This document shows, in pieces, positions 8,448-17,574 of a stretch of 45,729 nucleotides of DNA. The stretch's first letter is position 1, and each line of letters begins with the position of its first letter. Location of the stretch: assembly GCA_036648855.1 (NCBI GenBank), contig JAVWCU010000004.1:1-45729 (forward strand). Reading direction: 5' to 3'. The translations under genes and the position numbers were made by a program. The notes below the pieces were generated by a model. It had not been told where the DNA came from. It made no database searches and was given only the letters and a program-made list of their open reading frames with translations. This DNA is from Bacilli bacterium (GTDB taxonomy: Bacteria > Bacillota_I > Bacilli_A > RF39 > UBA660).

Positions 8448-9020
8448 ATGAATTTAGAAGCAGTATTAGAAGGACTTTTATTCGTAGTAGGTGACGAAGG
8501 ATTAACCATGAGCCAAATTAAAGATATATTGCAAATAGATGAAAGTGAGGCTAGAGTTTTAATAAGTTCCTTAAGAGCAAAGTATGATGAACCTGATAGA
8601 GGAATTAGAATCAATTTCTTAGGAGATACTTTTAAACTAACAACTAAGAAAGAACATAAAGAGTATTTTGAGAGATTAATAGAAAATCCTGAAAGTAATA
8701 CTTTAAGTCAAGCAGCTCTAGAAACACTAGCAATTGTTGCCTATAATCAGCCTTTAACTAGAATTAAAGTAGATGAAATAAGAGGCGTTAGTAGTAGTCA
8801 AATGATGAGAAAGTTAGTGGCAAAAGGATTCTTAAAAGAAATAGGGCGCAGTGATTTACCAGGGAGACCTATTCTTTATCAAACAACTAGTGAATTTTTA
8901 GATTATTTTGGATTAGCTACAATTAATGATTTACCTGATATGTCCGAGTTTATTAAGATGACTGAAGAAGATTCAGAGATAGATTTGTATAATTCTAAGT
9001 ATGAAGAGGTAAATAATTAA
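8448..9020 (+). CDS. scpB: segregation and condensation protein B
   Basis: LSQAALETLAIVAYNQP, PGRPILY and FLDYFGL. Confidence 0.95.
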   Translation: MNLEAVLEGLLFVVGDEGLTMSQIKDILQIDESEARVLISSLRAKYDEPDRGIRINFLGDTFKLTTKKEHKEYFERLIENPESNTLSQAALETLAIVAYNQPLTRIKVDEIRGVSSSQMMRKLVAKGFLKEIGRSDLPGRPILYQTTSEFLDYFGLATINDLPDMSEFIKMTEEDSEIDLYNSKYEEVNN

Positions 9021-9131
9021 TAGAGAAATATTAATCAGATTCTTTAAATGAATTTCTTTTTTTGTATTTAATAAATTAGGTAGTTTGTGATATAATTAAT
9101 TAAACCAAGAAAGTTAGTAGGAGGTGATTAT

Positions 9132-9575
9132 ATGGCAAAGTATTCAATTAAAGAAATTGCAGATATTAGAATTATACCTATGGGAAAAGGAGATGCACCT
9201 ATAGAATATATCCAAAGCGAATTTTTTGAAGATAGACTACCAAACAAAGAAAAGGGTTGGTATCATTATTATAATCAAGGATTAAGAGATCAAGAATATG
9301 ATTTATTGTTATTTCAGTATGATAATCATATTATTGCTTCGGGAATATTAAGCTCAGTAGAAGGGCCATATCCTAAAGCATATGTAGAGGAACATGGTTT
9401 TAAAGGCGATATTGTTTTAAAAAAAGGAACAATAAAAACCTTTAGACCTATTGGCTTTGAAGATTTAAAACGACATTTAGATATTGATAGATTATCTCAA
9501 GCAAAGTATTGTTTCAAACAGAATGAAATAAATGATTTAGAAAAACTAATTGATAAACTTGAAATACCAAGATAA
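9132..9575 (+). CDS. hypothetical protein; resembles the N-terminal accessory domain of some HNH endonucleases
   Basis: AGGAGG RBS and upstream TGnTATAAT; LLLFQYDNHIIASG beta-rich motif; family assignment from recall only. Confidence 0.6.
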   Translation: MAKYSIKEIADIRIIPMGKGDAPIEYIQSEFFEDRLPNKEKGWYHYYNQGLRDQEYDLLLFQYDNHIIASGILSSVEGPYPKAYVEEHGFKGDIVLKKGTIKTFRPIGFEDLKRHLDIDRLSQAKYCFKQNEINDLEKLIDKLEIPR

Positions 9576-9620
9576 ATTCTGAAAAAAATGTTTTTTAGTA
9601 TGGAACAATTTTTTTGTTTA

Positions 9621-9629
9621 TGCTATAAT
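9621..9629 (+). promoter_or_regulatory. extended -10 promoter of tRNA-Leu
   Basis: TGCTATAAT just upstream of the tRNA 5' end. Confidence 0.6.
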
Positions 9630-9639
9630 TTATGTACAC

Positions 9640-9726
9640 GCGAGAGTGGCGGAATGGTAGACGCGGAGGTCTCAAACACCTTTAAATGATTAATTTGTGT
9701 GGGTTCAACTCCCATCTCTCGCACCA
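9640..9726 (+). tRNA. tRNA-Leu(CAA)
   Basis: Acceptor stem GCGAGAG/CTCTCGC; D-arm region TGGCGGAATGGTAGACGC; anticodon arm GAGGT-CTCAAAC-ACCTT; long variable arm; T-arm GTGGG-TTCAACT-CCCAT; encoded ACCA. Confidence 0.95.
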
Positions 9727-9872
9727 AGTTTTTGTTGAATTATAAGGAATAAATGAATAACTATATAAATTAGGTGGGAAATAAATCGAGAAATGATGTA
9801 ATGTCTTTAAACATAAGGAAATGACTTGAAAAAAGCAACTAATGGAAACGTTTTAAAAACAGTGTCACACTT

Positions 9873-9926
9873 CTCAAAATCCAGTAATGGCAACATTGTG
9901 TGGGTTCAAGTCACATCTCAGGGCCA
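9873..9926 (+). pseudogene. degenerate 3' half of a tRNA-Leu(CAA), att-site-like scar
   Basis: CTCAAAA loop, variable hairpin AATG-GCAA-CATT, GTGGGTTCAAGTCACAT T-arm, ends in CCA; no 5' half; shares TTGTGTGGGTTCAA with the intact tRNA. Confidence 0.7.
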
Positions 9927-10184
9927 CTTTAGAATTTTGTTCGAACTATTCGAACTTTTGATACAAAATCAATCAGAAATGATTGTTTTTTGTTTTTAGA
10001 AAAAAAGGACCTGAAGGAAGTCTAGTGTTAATAAAGAAAAAGCTGAAAGGGAATCTAGATATAAAGATAGTTTTAATTATAAAATATAAAAACATGTTAT
10101 ACTTATATACAAGATATACTATTAATAAAAATATAACTAACCAATTATCAGTTGTTAATACTATATCAGTGAAAGGAGGTTATT

Positions 10185-10658
10185 ATGGATAAGATTTATG
10201 ATGAATATTATTATAAACTATATTTTTGGGCAATAAAGAAAACTAATAATAAAGAAGATGCAGAAGATCTTGTTAACAATGTTTTTTTATCAATTTTTGA
10301 ATATCTAAATAAAAATGTTAAAGTTGAAAAACTAGAAAATCTGATATGGAAAGTTGCTTATAATTTATGGTGCACTAAGGCAAAAAAATATATTAAAGAA
10401 AAAAGAAATGTCATTTATGAAGATATTTATAACAAGAGCTATGAAACAGATATGATTGATAAAATTATTTATAAAGAAATAATAACTAATTTAGATAATT
10501 TTGGCTTAACAGAAAAAGAAAAAATTTCTTTTAACCTATATTATTTTAATGACCTTTCAATAAAAGAAATTAGCAAAAAGATAAATGCTAATGAAACAAA
10601 CATTAAATATTATTTATTTAATGCAAGAAAAAAAATAAAGGAGAGATATTATGAATGA
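10185..10658 (+). CDS. ECF-type sigma-70 factor
   Basis: 157 aa; EDAEDLVNNVFL and LIWKVAYN (region 2); DLSIKEISKKI...IKYYLFNARKKI (region 4); AGGAGG RBS. Confidence 0.9.
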   Translation: MDKIYDEYYYKLYFWAIKKTNNKEDAEDLVNNVFLSIFEYLNKNVKVEKLENLIWKVAYNLWCTKAKKYIKEKRNVIYEDIYNKSYETDMIDKIIYKEIITNLDNFGLTEKEKISFNLYYFNDLSIKEISKKINANETNIKYYLFNARKKIKERYYE

Positions 10659-11340
10659 TTCAAATTTAGACAAGTATTTAAATATTGCCAACAAGGTAAA
10701 AATGGAGAAAGGGTTAGATACATATATACCTTTATATCCAATGTTAAGAAAAATAGATAATAAGTTATATGTATGTGTTGTGTTAACAAATGAAAATGAT
10801 AATGTGTGGGATATAACAGGTAATGTTATTCCTGAATATTGGATGTTGATAGATGTTAATACAAATGAAGTATTAGAATTTAATAAAACAGAAGATAAAA
10901 AATTTGCTGTTAATGAAATAGAAAAGAAAAATATAGAAAATAAGCAAAAAGAAATGTCTAAATATACAGTTGAAAAAACATTACAATATAAAGATTATTT
11001 AATGGAAGATATTAAAAATCAACAATTACCATTACAAAAGAAATTATCATCAATTGTTGGTAATGAAATTGAAATTGATGGAGATACAGTTAACATTAAT
11101 GACTATTTAATAGCAAAACTTGAAGATGATATAAATGAAAAAGTAAATGAATTAGTGAATGTGCTAGTATATTCAAAATATGGTTCAATAACATTTTATT
11201 ATGACTCTTTATTTAAACAAGTAATTAATGAATATGTTAATAATAATGATATTAACCTTGATAAAATGAAATTATGTGTAGAAATTATGGATAATTATTA
11301 TGACGGTGTACTAGGAATTAAAAATTTATTTAACATATAA
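10651..11340 (+). CDS. hypothetical soluble protein, candidate ECF partner
   Basis: 8-bp overlap with the sigma gene and an AAGGAG RBS; no TM helix or ZAS motif. Confidence 0.75.
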   Translation: MNDSNLDKYLNIANKVKMEKGLDTYIPLYPMLRKIDNKLYVCVVLTNENDNVWDITGNVIPEYWMLIDVNTNEVLEFNKTEDKKFAVNEIEKKNIENKQKEMSKYTVEKTLQYKDYLMEDIKNQQLPLQKKLSSIVGNEIEIDGDTVNINDYLIAKLEDDINEKVNELVNVLVYSKYGSITFYYDSLFKQVINEYVNNNDINLDKMKLCVEIMDNYYDGVLGIKNLFNI

Positions 11341-11386
11341 GTGAAAAAATTGTAGATAACTTCTCAGCAGCACCATAGGGAAAATT

Positions 11387-11416
11387 AATCGCACTGGTTT
11401 AAAGTGCGATTTTTTT
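11387..11416 (+). terminator. intrinsic terminator
   Basis: AATCGCACT...AGTGCGATT followed by a T-run. Confidence 0.8.
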
Positions 11417-11624
11417 ATCAGAAAAAACACAGTATGATTAGGCCAGTTAGGGAATCATTACTTATCATCACTTTAGCCTAAGAAGTTATTGAATTTCTCA
11501 CATAAGGGAACTTAGAAAATTATTCAAACTGCCTCATCTTTTTGCTGCATATTTATAGTTTCCTATAGCAAGATTGCTTTTTTCTCCCATCTTTTCTGCT
11601 CCTAAAAAGATAAATAGTTTATAT

Positions 11625-11652
11625 AAAGAACCACTGCTATAATGGTTCTTTT
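11625..11652. terminator. hairpin (terminator or operator) upstream of pflB
   Basis: AAAGAACCA-ctgctataa-TGGTTCTTT. Confidence 0.5.
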
Positions 11653-11707
11653 CCTATAAATAAATCTGTAAACCACCATAAAAAAACATATTAAAAGTTC
11701 ATACCTG

Positions 11708-11716
11708 TGCTATACT
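11708..11716 (+). promoter_or_regulatory. extended -10 of pflBA
   Basis: TGCTATACT upstream of the AGGAGG RBS. Confidence 0.55.
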
Positions 11717-11743
11717 AAATAATATATGATAAGGAGGTTAATC

Positions 11744-13969
11744 ATGACAGAATGGGAAAATTTTAAAGAAGGAATCTGGACAACAGAAGTTAATGTTCAA
11801 GACTTTATACAAAAAAATTATACTTTATATGAAGGGGATGAAACTTTCTTATCGGAAATTACAGAAAAGACTAAAAAAGTTTGGGACAAGTGTACTAAAC
11901 TACTCCAAGAAGAAATAAAAAAGGGAGTATTAGATATTGATGTAGATCATATGGCAGATATAAATTCTTTTGCTCCTGGTTACATAGACAAAGAAAATGA
12001 AGTCATTTTTGGGCTTCAAACAGACGCTCCACTTAAGAGAATAGTGAATCCATATGGCGGTATTAGAATGGTTTATTCTTCTCTAAATGCTTATGGTTAT
12101 AAACTAAATCATGATGTTGACCATTATTTTAATGAATTTCGGAAAACCCACAACCAAGGAGTATTTGATGCCTATACAGACAGTATGAAAGTAGCCCGAC
12201 ATGTAGGCCTATTAACTGGTCTTCCTGATGCTTATGGTAGAGGAAGAATTATAGGGGATTATAGACGCCTTGCTTTATATGGAACAGACTATTTAATGAA
12301 AGAAAAGGAAAAAGAACATACTGAGAGAACTGGTCCCATGACAGAAAAATTAATTAGGCAAAGAGAAGAATTAAAAGAGCAATACCGAGCTTTAAAAGAT
12401 ATGACCTTAATGGCAAGTACCTATGGATTTGATATAAGTAAACCCGCGGCTAACGCTAAAGAAGCAGTACAGTGGACTTATTTCGGCTATTTAGCAGCTG
12501 TAAAAGAAAATAATGGAGCAGCTATGAGCCTAGGCAGGGTCTCTACATTTTTAGATATTTATCTTGAAAGAGATTTGCGTACAGGTTTAATTACTGAAAC
12601 TGAAGCTCAAGAATTAATTGATCAGTTTGTAATTAAATTAAGATTGGCTAGACATTTAAGAACACCTGAATATGATGAATTATTTTCAGGAGATCCAACC
12701 TGGGTAACTGAATCAATTGGGGGAATGAGTTTAGATAATAAATCATTAGTTACAAAAAACTCTTTTCGTTTTCTTCATACTTTAACTAATCTTGATACTT
12801 CACCTGAACCTAATATGACAGTTCTTTGGAGTCAAAATTTACCAGTAAACTTTAAAAAGTACTGTAGTAAGATGAGCATTGAAACAGATGCTATTCAGTA
12901 TGAAAATGATGATATAATGCGCCCTATATATGGTGATGATTATGGAATTGCCTGTTGCGTATCCGCTATGAAAATAGGTAAACAAATGCAATTTTTTGGT
13001 GCTAGATGTAATTTGGCAAAATCTCTTTTATATTCTATTAATGGCGGAATAGATGAAATAAATAAGATTAAAGTTTTAGATAATATTCCTTTTATTACAG
13101 ATGAAATACTTGATTATGACACAGTTAAAAAGGCTTATAATAAAGTTTTAGAACAAGTAGTAGAGTTATATGTAAATACCATGAATATTATTCACTACAT
13201 GCATGATAAGTATTCTTATGAAAGAGGCCAAATGGCTCTTCATGATACTGATGTAGAAAGATTAATGGCTTTTGGAGTAGCGGGTTTATCAGTAGCAGTT
13301 GATTCTTTATCTGCAATTAAATATGCTAAAGTAAAACCAATTAGGGATAAAGAAGGTCTTGCAGTAGATTTTGAAATAGAGGGAGATTACCCTAAATATG
13401 GTAATGATGATGACCGAGTAGATAGTATTGCTCTTGAAATATTAGAAAAATTCTATTTAGAATTAACTAAACATGAAATTTATAGAGAAGCTATTCCTAC
13501 ACTCTCTGTTTTAACCATAACTTCTAATGTTGTATATGGTGAAAAAACAGGAGCAACTCCAGATGGAAGAGGTTCTCATGTGGCTTTTGCACCAGGAGCT
13601 AATCCTATGCATGGAAGAGATACATCAGGGGCTCTAGCTAGTTTGAATTCTGTAGCTAAAATAAATTATGCTTCTTGCTGTAGAGATGGAGTATCTAATA
13701 CCTTTTCAATTGTTCCGGCGGCATTAGGCACAACCAAAACAGAGCAAGTTACCAATTTAATTTCTATTTTAGATGGTTACTTTATTCAAGGAGCACATCA
13801 TTTAAATGTTAATGTATTAAATAGAAGTATGCTAGTAGACGCTATGGAAAATCCTGATAAATACCCTTTACTCACTATTAGAGTTTCTGGCTATGCTGTT
13901 AGATTTAATCGCCTAACTAAGAAACAACAACAAGAAGTAATAAATAGAACATTTCATGACAGGTTATAA
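11744..13969 (+). CDS. pflB: formate C-acetyltransferase (pyruvate formate-lyase)
   Basis: [22 protein letters not shown] catalytic Cys pair, IRVSGYAV glycyl-radical motif; start at ATG 11744 after AGGAGG. Confidence 0.97.
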   Translation: MTEWENFKEGIWTTEVNVQDFIQKNYTLYEGDETFLSEITEKTKKVWDKCTKLLQEEIKKGVLDIDVDHMADINSFAPGYIDKENEVIFGLQTDAPLKRIVNPYGGIRMVYSSLNAYGYKLNHDVDHYFNEFRKTHNQGVFDAYTDSMKVARHVGLLTGLPDAYGRGRIIGDYRRLALYGTDYLMKEKEKEHTERTGPMTEKLIRQREELKEQYRALKDMTLMASTYGFDISKPAANAKEAVQWTYFGYLAAVKENNGAAMSLGRVSTFLDIYLERDLRTGLITETEAQELIDQFVIKLRLARHLRTPEYDELFSGDPTWVTESIGGMSLDNKSLVTKNSFRFLHTLTNLDTSPEPNMTVLWSQNLPVNFKKYCSKMSIETDAIQYENDDIMRPIYGDDYGIACCVSAMKIGKQMQFFGARCNLAKSLLYSINGGIDEINKIKVLDNIPFITDEILDYDTVKKAYNKVLEQVVELYVNTMNIIHYMHDKYSYERGQMALHDTDVERLMAFGVAGLSVAVDSLSAIKYAKVKPIRDKEGLAVDFEIEGDYPKYGNDDDRVDSIALEILEKFYLELTKHEIYREAIPTLSVLTITSNVVYGEKTGATPDGRGSHVAFAPGANPMHGRDTSGALASLNSVAKINYASCCRDGVSNTFSIVPAALGTTKTEQVTNLISILDGYFIQGAHHLNVNVLNRSMLVDAMENPDKYPLLTIRVSGYAVRFNRLTKKQQQEVINRTFHDRL

Positions 13970-13971
13970 TT

Positions 13972-14682
13972 ATGGTTAAAGGTAGTATAGACTCCATAGA
14001 AAGTATGGGATTAGTTGATGGACCAGGGGTTAGAACAGTTGTCTTTTTAACAGGCTGTCGTCTGCGTTGTAAGTTTTGCCATAATCCTGAAATGTGGATT
14101 AAAAGAGCTGATAATATTACTCCAGAGGAACTAGTCGAAAAGTTAAAAAGATTCAAGCCTTATTATGAAGCTAGTAATAATGGAGGAGTAACATTTTCTG
14201 GAGGTGAACCTCTTCTTCAGCCAACCTTTTTAATTGAAGTATGTAAACTTTTAAAAGCTGCTAATATTCATATTGCTTTAGACACATCAGGAGTTGGAAC
14301 TGGTAATTATGATGAACTTCTAAAATATATTGATTTAGTTATTTTAGATATTAAACATGTTATACCCTCATTATATAGAGATATAACAGGTGAAGAAATG
14401 ACCTACTTTAATCAGTTTGTAACCTCTTTAAATGAATCTAACAAACCTTGCTATATTAGGCAGGTAATAGTACCTGGGATAAATGATAATATGGTTTATT
14501 TAAATCAGCTCCATGCTTTTCTAAAAGGAATTAAGCATATAGAGAAAGTAGAGTTTTTGCCATATCATAAGTTAGGTAGTGAAAAATATATAGCATTAGG
14601 AATAAACAATCCATATATAGCTGTCCCCGCTATGGACATAGATAAATGTCAGGAACTATATAATAGTTTTATGAAAATATAG
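13972..14682 (+). CDS. pflA: pyruvate formate-lyase activating enzyme (radical SAM)
   Basis: VDGPGVR, CRLRCKFCHNPE and SGGEP; follows pflB. Confidence 0.95.
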   Translation: MVKGSIDSIESMGLVDGPGVRTVVFLTGCRLRCKFCHNPEMWIKRADNITPEELVEKLKRFKPYYEASNNGGVTFSGGEPLLQPTFLIEVCKLLKAANIHIALDTSGVGTGNYDELLKYIDLVILDIKHVIPSLYRDITGEEMTYFNQFVTSLNESNKPCYIRQVIVPGINDNMVYLNQLHAFLKGIKHIEKVEFLPYHKLGSEKYIALGINNPYIAVPAMDIDKCQELYNSFMKI

Positions 14683-14767
14683 TAGGGTTAAGTAGGAATA
14701 CTAAAAATTAATATAATCTAGATAATCCTTGAAAAACAAGGTATAATTAAAGAACAGGGGTGATTAA

Positions 14768-15634
14768 ATGGAATTAGCAACTAATTGGCAGGATTATGAA
14801 ATTTTAGGAACTAGTAATGGGGAAAAACTAGAAAGATGGGGAAATATTATATTATTAAGACCCGATCCAGAAGTTATTTGGACACAAGGGGACTTGACTA
14901 CTTTCAAAGGGATAAATGCTCATTACCACAGAAGTAGTAAAGGTGGAGGATATTGGGAGACCCTAAAAAGCACTCCTAGTTCTTGGACTATTGATTATAA
15001 AAATTTAACTTTTAATATAAAACAAATGGGATTTAAGCATACTGGATTATTTCCAGAACAAGCTGTTAATTGGGACTTCATGATAGATAAGATAAAGAAC
15101 AGTAAAAGAGAGATAAAGGTTTTAAACTTATTTGCATATACAGGAGGAGCTAGTGTAGCTTGTCTTTCAGCAGGAGCAAGTGTTGTTCATGTGGATTCTT
15201 CTAAAGGAATGGTTGATTGGTGTAAAGAAAATGTTAAAGCCTCTCATTTAGAAGATAAACCTATTCGTTATATTGTTGACGATGTTGTCAAGTTTGTCCA
15301 AAGAGAAATAAGAAGAGGCAGTAAATATGATGCAATTGTTATGGATCCACCTAGTTATGGTAGGGGAACAAATGGGGAAGTCTGGGATATTGAAAAAGAT
15401 TTAGCCCCTTTAATAGAACTATGCACTTCTTTGTTAAGTGACTCACCCCTTTTCTTTTTAATTAATTCTTATACTACAGGTTTATCTGCTCAAGTTTTAG
15501 AAAACTTATTACTCTTAACAGTCGGAACAAAATATCCGGGAACTATTACCTCAGGAGAAATAGGATTACCTGTTAAAAATAGTCAAGTAATTTTACCATG
15601 TGGAATATTTGGCAGGTTTCAGTCTAATGAATAA
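14768..15634 (+). CDS. class I SAM-dependent methyltransferase (RlmI/RlmK-like)
   Basis: HTGLFPEQ, VLNLFAYTGG and DPPSYG motifs. Confidence 0.88.
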   Translation: MELATNWQDYEILGTSNGEKLERWGNIILLRPDPEVIWTQGDLTTFKGINAHYHRSSKGGGYWETLKSTPSSWTIDYKNLTFNIKQMGFKHTGLFPEQAVNWDFMIDKIKNSKREIKVLNLFAYTGGASVACLSAGASVVHVDSSKGMVDWCKENVKASHLEDKPIRYIVDDVVKFVQREIRRGSKYDAIVMDPPSYGRGTNGEVWDIEKDLAPLIELCTSLLSDSPLFFLINSYTTGLSAQVLENLLLLTVGTKYPGTITSGEIGLPVKNSQVILPCGIFGRFQSNE

Positions 15635-16289
15635 GCTAAATATTTTATATGAAGATAATCATATTATAGTAGTAGTAAAAGCCGCTAATATTCTAAGTCA
15701 AGCCGATGATACAAAAGACATAGATATGTTAACCATAATTAAAAATTATCTAAAAGAAAAATATCAAAAACCAGGTAATGTTTATTTAGGATTAGTTCAT
15801 CGCCTTGATCGACCAGTTTCAGGAGTAATGGTTTTTGCTAAAACTAGCAAGGCTGCTAGTAGACTATCTGAGCAAGTTAGGAATCATGAATTTAAAAAGA
15901 AATACTTAGCGGTAATAACTGGGATTTTATCAAATACTACGGGGACATTTACGGATTATTTAATAAAAGAAGAAGATGGTACTACTAAAGTAACTAATAA
16001 AAATCAAGGTAAATTGGCAGTTTTGAATTATACTGTTAAAAATGTAAATAAGGAGAAAAAATTGTCATTAGTTGACATAGATTTAGAGACGGGTAGACAT
16101 CATCAAATAAGGGTGCAGTTTGCCTCACGGAGCTATCCTTTGTATGGTGACCAACGATATGGTCAACAAGATAAACTTCCTATAGCTTTACATGCCTATG
16201 AAATATCATTTACACATCCTACTATTAAAGAAGTCATGACGTTTAAAAGTCTTCCTCCTAAAGTAGGGGTATGGAAATATTTTGAGTAA
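15627..16289 (+). CDS. RluA-family pseudouridine synthase
   Basis: HRLDRPVSG, TGRHHQIR and GDQRYG; ATG 15627 overlapping the upstream gene is preferred over GTG 15600. Confidence 0.92.
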   Translation: MNKLNILYEDNHIIVVVKAANILSQADDTKDIDMLTIIKNYLKEKYQKPGNVYLGLVHRLDRPVSGVMVFAKTSKAASRLSEQVRNHEFKKKYLAVITGILSNTTGTFTDYLIKEEDGTTKVTNKNQGKLAVLNYTVKNVNKEKKLSLVDIDLETGRHHQIRVQFASRSYPLYGDQRYGQQDKLPIALHAYEISFTHPTIKEVMTFKSLPPKVGVWKYFE

Positions 16290-16366
16290 TTTGCAAAATA
16301 TCGATTGCTTTTACTCATTTTTTTTGCTATCATTAGAATAGAATAAAATAAGGGAGATGAATCATA

Positions 16367-17155
16367 ATGAATATAATGGCAATATCATTTAGTTTAGATT
16401 GGTTTTTAACTATTCCAGGAATGTTTATATCAGGAGGAGTTTTATTACTAATCATAGCTTTAGTTATTTTCATTGTTAGCAGTGCTAAGTCAAAAAAAGA
16501 AAAAATAAATGAGGAAGATATGGAAACCCCAGTAATTAGTGAAAAACCAATTACTCCAGAGATGGAAACAGTTAGTCCAGTTGTAACAGAATCAATTAAT
16601 CTTGATTCAATTCAACCAGTTGCATCTGAACCAATTAGTTTTAATCCAGTAATGGAACCAACTGAACTAGATACTGTTGAAGAACCAACTGTACTAGGAA
16701 CTCCAGTTAATGATTTTCCAGTAGCAGACATAATTCCAGAGACTTTAGTTCCAATAGAAATTCCAGAAGAGGAACCTGTTGTTGCTAAAATAGATAATCC
16801 AGTAGTAGAAGAACCTGCTGTTTCAATTTATGGTGGAGTTAATCCATTTATTGGAGAAGTAACTGAACCAACACACCGTCAAATTTATGGTGGAGCTGAT
16901 CCGTTAGAAGCTACTCAAAAAATGGCACCAATTGTTGAATCATGGGCAATGCCGGAAATATCTCCAATTGTTCCTGAAGCTACAATTACTGAACCAGTTA
17001 GTGAACCTACTACACCAGTTGTAATGGAAGAACCAACTACTTATGTAGTAGATAACAATTTTAATAATGAAGTTGTAAATGAAGTACCTTTAGTTAATCA
17101 AACTAACAATTTTGATACATTAAAAGATGACGAACAAAACATTGAAAGTTTATAA
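16367..17155 (+). CDS. single-TM protein with a long acidic Pro/Val/Glu-rich disordered tail
   Basis: TM helix at about residues 14-37, basic KSKKEK, E/P/V/T-rich tail, IYGGxxP motif twice. Confidence 0.8.
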   Translation: MNIMAISFSLDWFLTIPGMFISGGVLLLIIALVIFIVSSAKSKKEKINEEDMETPVISEKPITPEMETVSPVVTESINLDSIQPVASEPISFNPVMEPTELDTVEEPTVLGTPVNDFPVADIIPETLVPIEIPEEEPVVAKIDNPVVEEPAVSIYGGVNPFIGEVTEPTHRQIYGGADPLEATQKMAPIVESWAMPEISPIVPEATITEPVSEPTTPVVMEEPTTYVVDNNFNNEVVNEVPLVNQTNNFDTLKDDEQNIESL

Positions 17156-17163
17156 AACATTTT

Positions 17164-17186
17164 AAAAGATGATAAGTCATCTTTTT
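17164..17186 (+). terminator. intrinsic terminator
   Basis: AAAAGATGA-taag-TCATCTTTT plus T-run. Confidence 0.75.
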
Positions 17187-17209
17187 TCTTTTAAATAATC
17201 AATACTTTT

Positions 17210-17238
17210 TCATATATATTTTCTTTCTGACATATAGT
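17210..17238 (+). promoter_or_regulatory. sigmaE-like promoter of spoVS
   Basis: TCATATA, 14 bp, CATATAGT. Confidence 0.5.
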
Positions 17239-17266
17239 GAAGTAATAGAAAGAAGGAAAAGTAAAT

Positions 17267-17527
17267 ATGGATACACTTAAAGTTTCATCGAAATCTAATT
17301 CAAATTCAGTAGCGGGGGCACTAGCCAATGTTTTTAGAGAAAAAGGTATTGTTGAAATACAAGCAGTAGGGGCAGGAGCTCTTAATCAAGCAGTTAAAGC
17401 AGTAGCAATTGCTAGAGGATTTGTTGCTCCTTCTGGGAAAAATCTAATTTGCATACCAGCCTTTGCCGATATAATAATTGATGGCGAAGAAAGAACTGCT
17501 ATTAAACTGATTGTAGAGGCTAGATAG
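17267..17527 (+). CDS. spoVS: stage V sporulation protein S
   Basis: LKVSSKS..NSVAGALA, QAVGAGALNQAVKAVAIARGF and ERTAIK. Confidence 0.97.
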   Translation: MDTLKVSSKSNSNSVAGALANVFREKGIVEIQAVGAGALNQAVKAVAIARGFVAPSGKNLICIPAFADIIIDGEERTAIKLIVEAR

Positions 17528-17538
17528 CCTTTTTTATA

Positions 17539-17567
17539 TTGACAATTATTTTTAAAAGATATATGAT
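17539..17567 (+). promoter_or_regulatory. sigmaA promoter of the serS leader
   Basis: TTGACA, 17 bp, TATGAT. Confidence 0.8.
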
Positions 17568-17574
17568 TAAAGCA

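Noticed and set aside
9820-9926. A second functional tRNA
   Set aside because: No 5' acceptor strand, D-arm or 5' anticodon stem, and a mismatch in the T-stem.
9939-9955. LexA (Cheo) box
   Set aside because: Does not match GAAC-N4-GTTC spacing or orientation.
9983-10192. 69-aa ORF before the ECF sigma
   Set aside because: TTG start without an RBS, low-complexity AT-derived composition, and it spans the sigma gene's upstream region and RBS.
9100-11650. Intact prophage, ICE or IS at the tRNA
   Set aside because: No integrase, transposase or phage genes and no terminal repeats; reported only as a scar/islet.
11417-11743. ZTP (pfl) riboswitch, Rex box or cre site upstream of pflB
   Set aside because: The conserved ZTP sequence blocks are not visible; no TTGTGAA-N4-TTCACAA; the TGTAAACC stretch lacks the central CG of a cre site.
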